Positions 29,813 through 39,701 are shown, numbered from the stretch's first letter. The stretch is 64,000 nucleotides of DNA from an uncultured Armatimonadetes bacterium (GCA_963717145.1 OY970325.1:2503949-2567948), one strand, 5' to 3'. Program-made: numbers and translations. The notes: generated by a model from the letters alone, not told the origin.

Positions 29813-30710
29813 GCTGTGATATGTCCACGCCTTTGGCGGCTAACCGATCCAGGAAGTAGTTCCCAAATGCAGTGACTCGAGGACATGCGCTCGCCGATCT
29901 CATTCCACGCTCGTCCTCGGAGATGTCTCCATACCGTAACTCGAACACATCCCTTACCAAGCCGGCCCACGGTTCACCCACATACTGATCGTATGCATCA
30001 GGAACGTGCATCTTGTTGAATAGGAACTCGCCGGTTTCAAGAAAGACCATCGCACGGGCGAAGTGGAGGATTCTCAGTGAGACCCGATGGATCCCGCCGT
30101 AGCCTCGATCCTCGCTCTCGGGGTCTGGATCGGTGAGCGGCAGGACAATCTTGCACTCCAGCGGGTGTGAGCCGTCGGTCGGGCGGCAGTGAGCCTGCTT
30201 GATCCAACAGAACGGAGACTCAAGCACGTGTTGAAGCATATCCTCCGGTCGGCTGGAAACGATCCGCGGACGGATGTCCTCGCCCCACAGGAGCTTGCTA
30301 TGCTCCTTGACCGCGAGCTTCAGAACCGGCCCGCACCGCAAGCTGTCGTACAGCTCGGCGAAATCCGCCGGATCGTAGAACGGCCTCTCGACATAGTTGT
30401 ACATCGGATCGAGGTTGTACTCCATCAGACGGCTCAGGTGTGCGACGATGCCGAGTCCCGTTCGACTGCACTCCTCATCAGCGCCGTCCTTCCATACGAG
30501 ACAACAGTCGATGTCGCTGTCCGGCGCGACACCGCCGTGCGCATAACTCCCGATCACGAAGAACGCGCGCAGAGAGTCGCCCACCGCAATCCCGAGCGTG
30601 TTGGCCAGACAGAACAGGAAGTCATCGATCCTGTCATCGCCAGTTGGCTCGATGAGGTCCGATGCCTCGATGCGCGGGAATCTACTGTGTATCGCCTCTG
30701 CCCTGGTCAT
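29799..30710 (-). CDS. Nucleotidyltransferase-domain protein (Pol-beta superfamily)
   Basis: Track ORF 29799..31136 trimmed to MTRAEAIHS... (ATG 30710); GSYAHGG...DSDID motif; sits between the SBP and permease genes. Confidence 0.6.
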   Translation of the reverse strand: MTRAEAIHSRFPRIEASDLIEPTGDDRIDDFLFCLANTLGIAVGDSLRAFFVIGSYAHGGVAPDSDIDCCLVWKDGADEECSRTGLGIVAHLSRLMEYNLDPMYNYVERPFYDPADFAELYDSLRCGPVLKLAVKEHSKLLWGEDIRPRIVSSRPEDMLQHVLESPFCWIKQAHCRPTDGSHPLECKIVLPLTDPDPESEDRGYGGIHRVSLRILHFARAMVFLETGEFLFNKMHVPDAYDQYVGEPWAGLVRDVFELRYGDISEDERGMRSASACPRVTAFGNYFLDRLAAKGVDISQHVET

Positions 30711-30712
30711 CT

Positions 30713-31990
30713 CTACCAATCCTCCTCGTTGAGCGCCTGCTCGATCCTCGGCTTCATGAACGCGACCGCTTCCTTCGCGTCCAACTCGTTCGTCCACATG
30801 CGACTCAGGCCGCGATTGAGTTCTGTTGTCCACTGGATGAACTTCTTGTCGATCGGCGGGCGCTTGCCGTAATCCATCTCGCTTCGGAACACGTCGGTAT
30901 GGTATGGACGAGTGTGCGCCACCAGGTACTCCGGATCGTTGTAGACGCTCTTGCGCGTGGTGATCCAGCGCCGAAGCTTGCCGCAGATGTACATCTCCGA
31001 CTTCGCGCTCGTCACGTACTTTACGAATTCGTATGCCTCCCGGGGATGCTTGCTCTCGATGTAGGTCGCCATCACGTTGCCCTTGAGCGGAGTGAACCTC
31101 CCCGCCGGACCCGCGGGCACCGGCGCGACGTCCCACTCGAACGCGCCCTTCGAGCCCTCAAGGATCACCGCCGTCTGCCCCGACCAGCCGAAGTACATGG
31201 CGATCCGTCCCGACTCGAAGCTGAACGCAGACATCGCGCCCTCCGCCGGGGTCGGCAGGACGTGATGCTTCCATCGGAGGTCCTTCATGAACTGGAGCGC
31301 GCGGATCGACTCCGGCGAGTCGAGCACGCAGCGCTTGTAGTCCGGCGTCACGAGTTCGCCGCCGAACGACCAGATCACGGTCCAGTGATGCGGCATCAGC
31401 GTCCCGAACTGAGTGTATCGCCCGCTCGAATCCTTCTTGGTGAGCGCCTTCGCGGCTTCAAGGTACTCCTTCCAGGTCCAGTGGCCCGCCGCATACTGCT
31501 CGTAGGGATCGGGGATGCCGGCCTCGCGGAACAGCGTCTTGTTGTAGTAGAGGACCTGCCCGCCGAACGCGATGTTGAACCCGTAGAGATGCCCGTTGTA
31601 TGAGCACTCCACGATCGGCTGAGGGAAATAGTCGTTGATGTCCAAAGTCGGGTCGTTCTTGACGAACTCGTCGATCGGGCGGAAGTACCCCTTGCGGACG
31701 AGCGCCGGGAAGTAGTGCAGCTCGACCTTCATGACATCGGGGGCGGTCCGGCTGGCGAGCATGATCTGCTGCTTCTGGTGGTAAACCGAGTCCGGCACCA
31801 TGAAGAGCTTGACCTTGATGCGCGGGTTGTCCCGCTCGAAGTTGTCGATGATCTGCTGCTCGACCTTGAGGTGGCTGGCGTTCCCCCAGGCCATGTAGGT
31901 GATGGTAACGACGCCCGTGTCTCGGCGCGCGCATCCGCCGATGAAAACGAGCATGAATGCAGCGATCAGATGGATTCGTGCGCGGGTCAA
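30713..31990 (-). CDS. Sugar ABC transporter substrate-binding lipoprotein
   Basis: Track ORF, 425 aa; TTG start; lipobox-like FIGGC; family-1 solute-binding-protein length and composition. Confidence 0.8.
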   Translation of the reverse strand: MTRARIHLIAAFMLVFIGGCARRDTGVVTITYMAWGNASHLKVEQQIIDNFERDNPRIKVKLFMVPDSVYHQKQQIMLASRTAPDVMKVELHYFPALVRKGYFRPIDEFVKNDPTLDINDYFPQPIVECSYNGHLYGFNIAFGGQVLYYNKTLFREAGIPDPYEQYAAGHWTWKEYLEAAKALTKKDSSGRYTQFGTLMPHHWTVIWSFGGELVTPDYKRCVLDSPESIRALQFMKDLRWKHHVLPTPAEGAMSAFSFESGRIAMYFGWSGQTAVILEGSKGAFEWDVAPVPAGPAGRFTPLKGNVMATYIESKHPREAYEFVKYVTSAKSEMYICGKLRRWITTRKSVYNDPEYLVAHTRPYHTDVFRSEMDYGKRPPIDKKFIQWTTELNRGLSRMWTNELDAKEAVAFMKPRIEQALNEEDW

Positions 31991-32459
31991 CTTACCCTCT
32001 GGCAGAGTGATCGCCCCTCACAGGGACGTGCCAGAGTATTACTCACCACCCGCGCCTTTTCCTTCAGATCAGGGTCTGGAGTAGTACAGGTGCGCACTAC
32101 CGTCGTCGTCGGATCAGTGCGCCGAGTGCGAGAGGCCGCCTCCGAGCGCCCGAGCTGCCCCCGCAAGCGAGGCCTTGCCCTCATGCACGTTCCGAGGCAC
32201 GTGAAAGCGATGCACGTGCGTCTACACCAGACAATCCGACTGCTTGACATTCCGGGCCGCCCGACCTTACACTGTGAATCACCAAAGTGACATGCGTAGA
32301 GCTGCGAGGCAACACTATGGTAGAAGAGACCAAGTACGTCTGGTGGACGCTATCCTATACGCCCCGAAGTTGGGTGGAATTTCCCTGCATGTCCTATTCC
32401 TGCTTTACATTTATTGCATCGCATGCCGGCTGTAGAGCTGCTGGACCAAGGAGTACATT

Positions 32460-35426
32460 ATGGAGACTTGGAGGCGCTGGGACGGTCCCGATACTTCATC
32501 CGATTATCTCAGCCTCTTAGCTGGATGTGCCAGCGAGGCGCTGTATACCCTTTTCGGACGGCTGTATTACAGCGTCGCGGGACAGCCGATGAAGGAGGTC
32601 CTGGACTTCGCCAACCAGTGCTACGTACAGGCCAAGGATAACCAGGCATGGGACGACATCTTAGCGCGATTCGCGGCTTCAGGGGCACCAGGTATGTTCG
32701 CCATGGTCGGCGACGCGGGAGTGGGTAAGACCGAGTATCTCTCTCACTTTGCTTTCGAGACGTGCGCTCTAACCGGGGACAGCCCGACAGTTGCACTATT
32801 CGTCTCATTTGATACAGGAGGCGCACACTGGACCGATAAGATCAATCGAAACATCGACCAATTCATATGCGAGAACTATCGTGTTCTTTCCCAGCTTCAT
32901 GCTGATCTGCCTGAGCAGATAGCTGTTTTTCGGAAGGCCTTCGGATATGATACAGACCTTGATCCTACACCCTCAGGTTTTGATATTGTCCGCGTGCTTC
33001 GAACAAAGATAATGGGCCGCGTTGTGGAAGGCTTGAGAAGCAAGGGTCGGAATCTGCTGTTGATTATAGACAATGTGGATCAGAGCGACACCAGACAACA
33101 AGAGGATCTCATTTCGAGAAGAGAGGAACTCCACAGGGAACTCCCTTGTCCTGTAGTGGTCTCCATACGGCCAGAGACGGCGGCACGATTGCGTCGCGAC
33201 CTCGGCCGGCTCTTTAGTGTGTTGCCATCGTTTCGAAGAAAGATGCCCGCGCCGTTGGCTGAAGTGTTGGAGCGTCGCATTCGTTACCTGATCGACTACG
33301 GTGCACAGGACCGACGTTTCAGCGGGCTTGTAATACCAGTTTACCACGGTGCGGGCCGTGTTACAGTGGATTTCTCTGTTGTCCTGCAGGGCTTGTTGAC
33401 GTTGATGCAGCAGCCGTTCTGCGTTACGCCAACTTCACCCGCGGTCACGTTTCTTGATCTAGCCAGCCGGCTGTGTAACGAGACCAGCCTCACAGCGGCT
33501 CTCACCCAGATCGTAGGCACGCTCGCGTCCGGACACCTGCCCGCTGAACTCATGACACGTGTCATGTCAGGCTATAGACTTGACCTTGTGGATCCTGAAG
33601 CGCTGATTGCCGCGCTAGTGCTAGGCTCAGACACGCGGTATACCGAATACGCTGAGCACGGAAGGGCAGGGAGTTCGGTGATCAATCTGTATGACTGCAA
33701 CCTGCGCCAGATGCCACGAGGACCGCTTTACACGTGGCTCAGGCCTCTATGTTTGATAGCACCCCATGCGGAATCGGGCCCAATCCCGCACGCTGAGCTG
33801 GTATCTAGTATGTGCCAAGCGTGGCCTCAGAGAGTTTGCTCAGAAGACGTTGAAGCGACAGTCCGCCTGCTCCTAGGCCACCGCCTACTGAATGAAGATA
33901 ACGATGGCTTATCAATCACTCACGCCGGAGAGTCGTATATCGACACGCTTGCCGTTTCCCGGGTCTACCTTGATTCCGTCCATCGACGAACCATGCGGGA
34001 TGACGAGCCACTTGCTGCCCACCGAGGAAGAAGTCGTCTGGTTCGTGATATTCTTGCTTTTGAAGTGTTTCTCTCGCGCACCCTCAGAGAACTCACGGAA
34101 ACCTGCGAGGCTGAGAGGGTAGAAGCATGGCTGGGATTCCTGGGAGAATACACACTTAATAGAATAACGCTGCGCACCCAGGACTACGTTCAGCGCCTAC
34201 TTGCCAGACAGGTGCATACGACGGAATGGGTCTGTAGTGACTGCCCGCAATGTGTCCTCTTCGGAAAGCGAGCGTCTGTTCCAAAGGAGATCACCGCAAG
34301 ACTGGATTATCCCAACCCATGGCTGGCAATGGAGGCATCGGATGTGGCCGTCGAGACCGGAGCGACCTGGACACAGATGCGTTATTTCTTTGATGGCGAA
34401 GTACTGTCTGTCATATGCAGTGAACCCACCGCTTGTGGTGCACCATGCCCGGGACCGGTCCGTTTGGATCTCACGGGTTGGATCGACTCGGACACCTACA
34501 ATGGTGAGTCTGCTTTAAATCGCCAAGTGCTCGAAGAAGAAGACAGACCGCGCCACGTGACCAGGAATGGTGGACCAAGCAACGGCGACCTTCGAGTCCG
34601 TATCAGCTACGCGGAGATAGACTCCGCTACTGCGAGACGGGTGGTTGCTCAACTCGCAGCAGACGGAGTTCTAGTCGACCAAGCGAACTACAGCGCATCT
34701 GTGCAGGGGTCAGCGGGGCTAGTCGGTACGGTTCTGGCCGCAGGAGACTGTCTTATCGTCTTGCTGTCACCCGGGGCAGTAGAGTCCGCTGAGTTGCGGC
34801 CCATTCTGGAGGGGGTGGGGTCTGGTGAACTGTCTAGCAGAGACATAACCGTCATTCTGGCGATGATCGAAGACTGCGAGGTTCCGGATGAACTGAGGGA
34901 CTACTGCCTCTTAGATATGCGAACAAGCTTCAGCGAGGGCGTGTCAACACTAGCAAGAAAGCTGCGGTCGGCAAGTAGGCTGGATTTCTCCAAACTGAAC
35001 GATGACGAGTTCCAAAGGCTTGCGCTCAATGTCGCGGAGAGGCTGGGATTTGTTGAGTGGGCTCTGGATGGGACAGATCAACCAGCCGGCGATGCAGCCT
35101 CTATACCAGCCGACACGGTGTTGGCGCATCGTGACATGCCGACTGCGGTGTCTGCTGAGACCTGGGTGATTGCTGCCAGATTGTACCCACAGGCTAGGGT
35201 CGATCTCAGGTCTCTACGCCGGCTCCGCGAGAATGTGCACAAACACGCCGGATTGAAGGGCGGTCTTCTTGTGACAAACACTCATCTAACTTCCGCGGCA
35301 CAACATTGGCTCCGCGAAACTCAGAACGATCCCCCAATGATTCAGGTCATAGACGGGGCAAGACTGAAGACTCTGTTACTGCAGTACGACGATCTGGCTG
35401 AAAAATACTTCCGACGCAGCTGTTGA
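32460..35426 (+). CDS. 988-aa multidomain protein: N-terminal P-loop NTPase, central Cys-rich region, TIR-like segment, C-terminal Mrr-like (PD-(D/E)xK-fold) domain with variant active site
   Basis: Track ORF; Walker A MVGDAGVGKT, Walker B-like LLLIIDNVDQ; CSDCPQC; DLRVRISYAEIDSATARRVVAQLAADGVLV...CLIVLLSPGAVESAEL (TIR-like); C-term FQRLALNVAERLGFVE...WVIAARLYPQARV...GGLLVTNTHLTSAAQ...IQVIDGARL resembles Mrr_cat. Confidence 0.6.
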   Translation: METWRRWDGPDTSSDYLSLLAGCASEALYTLFGRLYYSVAGQPMKEVLDFANQCYVQAKDNQAWDDILARFAASGAPGMFAMVGDAGVGKTEYLSHFAFETCALTGDSPTVALFVSFDTGGAHWTDKINRNIDQFICENYRVLSQLHADLPEQIAVFRKAFGYDTDLDPTPSGFDIVRVLRTKIMGRVVEGLRSKGRNLLLIIDNVDQSDTRQQEDLISRREELHRELPCPVVVSIRPETAARLRRDLGRLFSVLPSFRRKMPAPLAEVLERRIRYLIDYGAQDRRFSGLVIPVYHGAGRVTVDFSVVLQGLLTLMQQPFCVTPTSPAVTFLDLASRLCNETSLTAALTQIVGTLASGHLPAELMTRVMSGYRLDLVDPEALIAALVLGSDTRYTEYAEHGRAGSSVINLYDCNLRQMPRGPLYTWLRPLCLIAPHAESGPIPHAELVSSMCQAWPQRVCSEDVEATVRLLLGHRLLNEDNDGLSITHAGESYIDTLAVSRVYLDSVHRRTMRDDEPLAAHRGRSRLVRDILAFEVFLSRTLRELTETCEAERVEAWLGFLGEYTLNRITLRTQDYVQRLLARQVHTTEWVCSDCPQCVLFGKRASVPKEITARLDYPNPWLAMEASDVAVETGATWTQMRYFFDGEVLSVICSEPTACGAPCPGPVRLDLTGWIDSDTYNGESALNRQVLEEEDRPRHVTRNGGPSNGDLRVRISYAEIDSATARRVVAQLAADGVLVDQANYSASVQGSAGLVGTVLAAGDCLIVLLSPGAVESAELRPILEGVGSGELSSRDITVILAMIEDCEVPDELRDYCLLDMRTSFSEGVSTLARKLRSASRLDFSKLNDDEFQRLALNVAERLGFVEWALDGTDQPAGDAASIPADTVLAHRDMPTAVSAETWVIAARLYPQARVDLRSLRRLRENVHKHAGLKGGLLVTNTHLTSAAQHWLRETQNDPPMIQVIDGARLKTLLLQYDDLAEKYFRRSC

Positions 35427-35430
35427 AGAG

Positions 35431-35970
35431 ATGAATCTCGCCACTGATTTCGTCAATAGACTCGAATGCTGTCCAGCGGGTCAGAAGGGATGGAGAACCT
35501 TTGAAGACCTGTGCGTGGACATTCTCATCCACCTATTCGTTCCGCCGCTATCTGCACCCAGAGTCCAGTCCAGTTCGACTTCCTGTACAGACCGACGCGA
35601 TGCCATCTTTCCGAACAGAAATCTGTCGGATATCACCCCATGGGGGTTTCTATTCCACGACCTCAAAGCTCGAATGATATTGTTCGACTTTAAGAACTAT
35701 CATAGCAAAGAGATAGGTAAAGACCAGGTAGATCAGATTGCGGCCTATATGAGAGAACCCTGGGGTCAGCTCGCGCTGGCAGTGTGTAGCAAGGAGCCTT
35801 CCCCGAGTGCTCGAGTACGTCAGCGTGCCCTGCTTGACCGCAAAGGGACGGTGATAGTTCTCTTGACAAAGGAGCAACTCAAGGAAATGCTCTATATCAA
35901 GGAGCGAGGTGATGATCCTGCTCGCCTGATCTTGGACTTGATCGAAGACCTGTACTGCTCATCCGACTGA
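35431..35970 (+). CDS. Small Mrr-like restriction-endonuclease-fold protein (PD-(D/E)xK), 179 aa
   Basis: Track ORF, 4 bp after gene A; GWRTFEDLCVDILIHLF...DRRDAIF...MILFDFKNYHSKEIGKDQVDQIAAY...VIVLLTKEQLKEML fits the Mrr catalytic-domain pattern (D...(E/D)xK as D-F-K). Confidence 0.55.
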   Translation: MNLATDFVNRLECCPAGQKGWRTFEDLCVDILIHLFVPPLSAPRVQSSSTSCTDRRDAIFPNRNLSDITPWGFLFHDLKARMILFDFKNYHSKEIGKDQVDQIAAYMREPWGQLALAVCSKEPSPSARVRQRALLDRKGTVIVLLTKEQLKEMLYIKERGDDPARLILDLIEDLYCSSD

Positions 35971-36126
35971 CGGCATAGCCGAATGGCATCGATTTTCGTG
36001 CAGACTTGGTAATCCGTCCCATTCACCTCCCGATTCGTGAGCGGTATGGCAGCAGTATGAGCCCGCATGAGACAGATGGGACGTATGGGACCGATGTGAC
36101 GCTCTGTCCCTATTCGCCCATTCGTG

Positions 36127-37329
36127 CTATTCGTGTTTCCCATACTGCCATGCCGCGTCGTAGCAGGCGACCACGTTCGTGGGCGGGACGTTCGACTGGA
36201 CGTTGTGGATCTGGTTGAACACGAACCCGCCGCCGGGTGCAAAGATCTCGATGCGCTCGCGGACATGTCGGTCGATCTCCTCGGGCGTCGCATTCGGGAG
36301 CACCGACTGCGTATCGCATCCCCCACCCCAGAACGTCAACTTGTCGCCGAACTCCTTCTTGAGCCGCCGAGGATCCATCCCCGCGGCCGAGGTCTGGACC
36401 GGGTTGAGCGCCTCGACGCCCTCGTCCACCAGGTCGCCCATAATGTCGTAGCACGATCCGCAGGCGTGGAGGAAGACGTGGACGTCCGAGTGCTCACGGA
36501 TGAACCGGTACTGCTTCGTGTGGCGCGGCTTGACGACCCGCCGATAGAGATCGGGCGAGAGCATGGTCGCGGTCTGCGTGCCGAGATCATCGCCCATCTG
36601 GATGAGTTGGACGTACGGGCCGATCGCCTGCAGGTATGTGCGCAGGTCCTCCATGTAGACCTCCACCATCTTGTCGAGCGCGTAATCGACGACCTCGCTG
36701 CCGAGCGCGATCTCCATCATGAACCGCTCCCATCCGAAGGCGTTCTGGCCGCCCTCCAGGATGTTTCCGCCGAATCCGAACATGATCGCGTAGTCCGTGT
36801 TCTCATAGAGCCACTTCGTCCGCTCGATCAGCGGTGTCAGGCGCTTCGGATCGGCGGGCTTCATATCTAATAAACGGTCCACGTCGGCAAAAGTTACGGC
36901 CTCAGCGAGAGGATTGTGGCACGGCTCGAAGTAGAGGCATCCCTCGGGCATGCGCTGGATGTCGCGGCCGGCCGCATCACGAATCACGAGTCCTCCCGCA
37001 CACGGAACGGGGTTGAAACCGACAGGGACCTTGGCGGGCGAGCCGTCCGGGAGCGTCCAGTCCTTCCACTCCTCAGCCCACCGGCCGAGCATATTGAGAC
37101 TATCGAGCACATCGACGTGGAAGCGGTCGAGAATCGGCTGCTCGGGGAGCGCGAGTTGCTGCATGGTATCATAGACGCGGGTCTCGCCCCCGGTGATGCC
37201 GAGGTGCGCCTTGAGTCTGTTGTACGCGATCGCCATGATGCCGGTCGAGCGCATCCCGCCGAAGTCGATCGGCACGCGGTCCGGCTCCTTGTGCGCGAGG
37301 GTGGTCAGAACTCTCTCTCGTGAGGTCAT
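36127..37329 (-). CDS. Uroporphyrinogen-decarboxylase (URO-D) family protein
   Basis: Track ORF 36127..37872 trimmed to MTSRERVLTTLAHKEPDRVPIDFGG... (ATG 37327-37329, AGGAGGA upstream). Confidence 0.7.
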   Translation of the reverse strand: MTSRERVLTTLAHKEPDRVPIDFGGMRSTGIMAIAYNRLKAHLGITGGETRVYDTMQQLALPEQPILDRFHVDVLDSLNMLGRWAEEWKDWTLPDGSPAKVPVGFNPVPCAGGLVIRDAAGRDIQRMPEGCLYFEPCHNPLAEAVTFADVDRLLDMKPADPKRLTPLIERTKWLYENTDYAIMFGFGGNILEGGQNAFGWERFMMEIALGSEVVDYALDKMVEVYMEDLRTYLQAIGPYVQLIQMGDDLGTQTATMLSPDLYRRVVKPRHTKQYRFIREHSDVHVFLHACGSCYDIMGDLVDEGVEALNPVQTSAAGMDPRRLKKEFGDKLTFWGGGCDTQSVLPNATPEEIDRHVRERIEIFAPGGGFVFNQIHNVQSNVPPTNVVACYDAAWQYGKHE

Positions 37330-37502
37330 TGATGTCCTCCTTGTTTGTGGGACTTTTCGGCGGTGTTGGGGAAAAGTCCTTGGAACCGCCAAGACGCCAA
37401 GTCCGCCAAGGAAGGGGAACCACAGAGACACAGAGGGCACAGAAGAATTCCGGATTAGCGGTTTCTTTCCGTATTTTCCTTCTGCTTCCGTGCTTCCGTG
37501 TT

Positions 37503-39557
37503 CTACGCCTTTCGATCGCCAAAGAACCTCTGCACATCGGCCATGTTGACCGTGACGGGGCACTGGGGGAGGAAGCGGATGAACTCCTTGCCATACATCT
37601 TCTTGATCAGCCGCGAGTCGAGGATCGCGACGACTCCCCGGTCGAGCTTCGTGCGGATGAGGCGTCCGAATCCCTGCTTGAGCCTGATCTGCGCCTGGGG
37701 CATCGAGAAATCGCGGAACCAGTCGCCGCCGGATGCCATGATCGCATCGGTGCGCGCCTTGTTGACCGGGCTGTCCGGCACGGCGAACGGGAGCTTGTCG
37801 ATCACCACGATGCTGAGCGCCTCGCCCCGGATATCGACGCCCTCCCAGAAGCTGTGGACGCCGAACAGGCATGCTTGATCCTGCTCCAAGAACGACTGGA
37901 CGAGCGCCTCGTTCGACATGTCGCCCTGCTTCATCATGGTAAACGGCAGCCGCCCGAACAGCCTATCGTAGACGGCATTGAGCATCCGGTATGAGGTGAA
38001 GAGCAGGAACGCCCGCCCGCCGGACGCCCGCACAAGCTGCTCGATCTCCTCGGCGACGGCATCCGTGTACATCGGATTCTCGGACGGGAATTCGAGATGC
38101 CGCGGGATGTAGAGCATGCACTGCGTGGTGAAGTCGAACGGCGAATCCTGCGCGGTCTCGACGCACTCGGGCACTCCGAGCCGGCCCCGGAGGTAGCCGA
38201 ACGTGCCGGAGTTCGTGAGCGTCGCCGAGGTCAGCACGACGCTGTCGATCTCCTTCCAGAGGTTCTGCTTGAGGATATCCGCCACGGAGAGCGGCGAGTA
38301 TCGGAGGAAACACGGGCCACCCGTATCCCCACGCCGTTCGGGAGGGAGTTGGACTCCCTCCCGCGACACTAGGGCTGGGAGTTCAACTCCCGATTGAGTC
38401 CTGCGGGAGGGAGTCCAACTCCCTCCCGAACGGCGTGGGGATGCTCCGCGCTCGCCCCACTTGAAGAAGCCCTTCTCCGTGCCGAAGAAGAGGAGCGTCA
38501 TCTCCTCCTTCAAACGCGCGGTCATCCTGCGCAGGCCCGAGAGCCGGTCCTCGAGTTCGGGCTTGCCGGTTGTATCCTGCTCGGTCAGCTCGCGGTTGAG
38601 CCCATCGAGCATCGAACAGATGACCTTGACTGTCTCCTCGACCTCCGACTTACTGTTTCCGCGACAAACCTCATGCAGGAAGAACTCCTGCTTTGGGTGG
38701 CCGGCGAAGAAGTCGAAGAGCGCGCGGTTCAGTTCGTCGAGTGTCTGTATCCGCTGGGGATCGAGGCCGATGCCCTTGACGCGCTTGATCCGCTTCAGGA
38801 GACTCGGCACGCGGAAGCTCGCACACTCGATGCCGAACGCCTTAGTGGCGATGTCCTCCAGGTGATGGGCCTCATCGAAGATCACGGCATCGTATGCGGG
38901 GAGGACCCCCGCGTTCGGGTCGGACATCCGGATGCCGAGATCGGCGAAAAAGAGCGAATGGTTCGTGATGATGACATTGGCGTCCTGGGCCTCGCGCCGC
39001 ATCTTGTAGTAGAAGCACTTTCCGACGAATCGGCACTGCTGATTGTGGCAGGTATCCTGGTTCGAGCAGATGTCCGACCAGTCGCCGAACTGGAAATCCA
39101 ACTCGCCGACGTCGCCGGTCTCGGTCTCGGCCGCCCACTTCTCGAGCTTCCTGAGGTTCGGGTCGCCGATGAGGTGAAGCTGCCCGGACTCGGCGTCGAA
39201 ACTGTTCATGCAGAGGTAGTTTCCCCGGCCCTTGACCACTACGGCCTTGATCTTCCGCTCGGGGAAGACGCTCTGAAGGAATGGGATGTCCTTGTTGAGA
39301 AGCTGGCTCTGGAGGTAGATGGTATGCGTGGAGACGATGACTTTCTTCCCGGTGAGGCTGAACTCGATCGCCGGGAGCAGGTAGGCCATGCTCTTCCCGA
39401 CGCCGGTGCCGGCCTCCGCGAGGCAGTGGTGCTTCGAGGCGAGCGCGCGCTCGATAGCGAGCGCGACCTCGATCTGCTGAGGCCGGTATTCGTAACCCGG
39501 CATCCGTTCTGCAATCAGTCCACTTGGGCCAAGCGCCCGCTCCAAGTCCATCTTCAA
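37503..39557 (-). CDS. dinG: DinG/Rad3-family ATP-dependent DNA helicase carrying an in-frame repeat-element insertion
   Basis: Track ORF, 684 aa; ...LAEAGTGVGKSMAYLLPAI... (Walker A), ...VIFDEAHHLED... (DEAH box); the low-complexity stretch PRRSGGSWTPSRRTQSGVELPALVSREGVQLPPERRG is encoded by repeat 38327-38440. Confidence 0.8.
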   Translation of the reverse strand: MKMDLERALGPSGLIAERMPGYEYRPQQIEVALAIERALASKHHCLAEAGTGVGKSMAYLLPAIEFSLTGKKVIVSTHTIYLQSQLLNKDIPFLQSVFPERKIKAVVVKGRGNYLCMNSFDAESGQLHLIGDPNLRKLEKWAAETETGDVGELDFQFGDWSDICSNQDTCHNQQCRFVGKCFYYKMRREAQDANVIITNHSLFFADLGIRMSDPNAGVLPAYDAVIFDEAHHLEDIATKAFGIECASFRVPSLLKRIKRVKGIGLDPQRIQTLDELNRALFDFFAGHPKQEFFLHEVCRGNSKSEVEETVKVICSMLDGLNRELTEQDTTGKPELEDRLSGLRRMTARLKEEMTLLFFGTEKGFFKWGERGASPRRSGGSWTPSRRTQSGVELPALVSREGVQLPPERRGDTGGPCFLRYSPLSVADILKQNLWKEIDSVVLTSATLTNSGTFGYLRGRLGVPECVETAQDSPFDFTTQCMLYIPRHLEFPSENPMYTDAVAEEIEQLVRASGGRAFLLFTSYRMLNAVYDRLFGRLPFTMMKQGDMSNEALVQSFLEQDQACLFGVHSFWEGVDIRGEALSIVVIDKLPFAVPDSPVNKARTDAIMASGGDWFRDFSMPQAQIRLKQGFGRLIRTKLDRGVVAILDSRLIKKMYGKEFIRFLPQCPVTVNMADVQRFFGDRKA
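38327..38440. repeat. Family E triple-hairpin element (114 bp) inside the DinG-like helicase ORF, in frame
   Basis: ccccacgccgttcg + gggagggagttggactccctccc + gggagttcaactccc + gggagggagtccaactccctccc + cgaacggcgtgggg; perfect terminal inverted repeats; 114 = 38 codons. Confidence 0.6.
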
Positions 39558-39612
39558 GCCTCGAACACACGTTCCAACGCATCATTATAGGAGAAATGAC
39601 GGGAGGGAGCAA

Positions 39613-39701
39613 GGAAATGGGGAATGGTTGATGGTTCATGGTTAGTGGCGGACGGAGGTCTGCTTCCCATCAACCATGAACCATCAACCATTCCCCATTC
39701 C
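39613..39701. repeat. Palindromic repeat, family D
   Basis: ggaaatggggaatggttgatggttcatggtt ... cccatcaaccatgaaccatcaaccattccccattcc; intergenic, just upstream of the dinG-like start. Confidence 0.5.
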
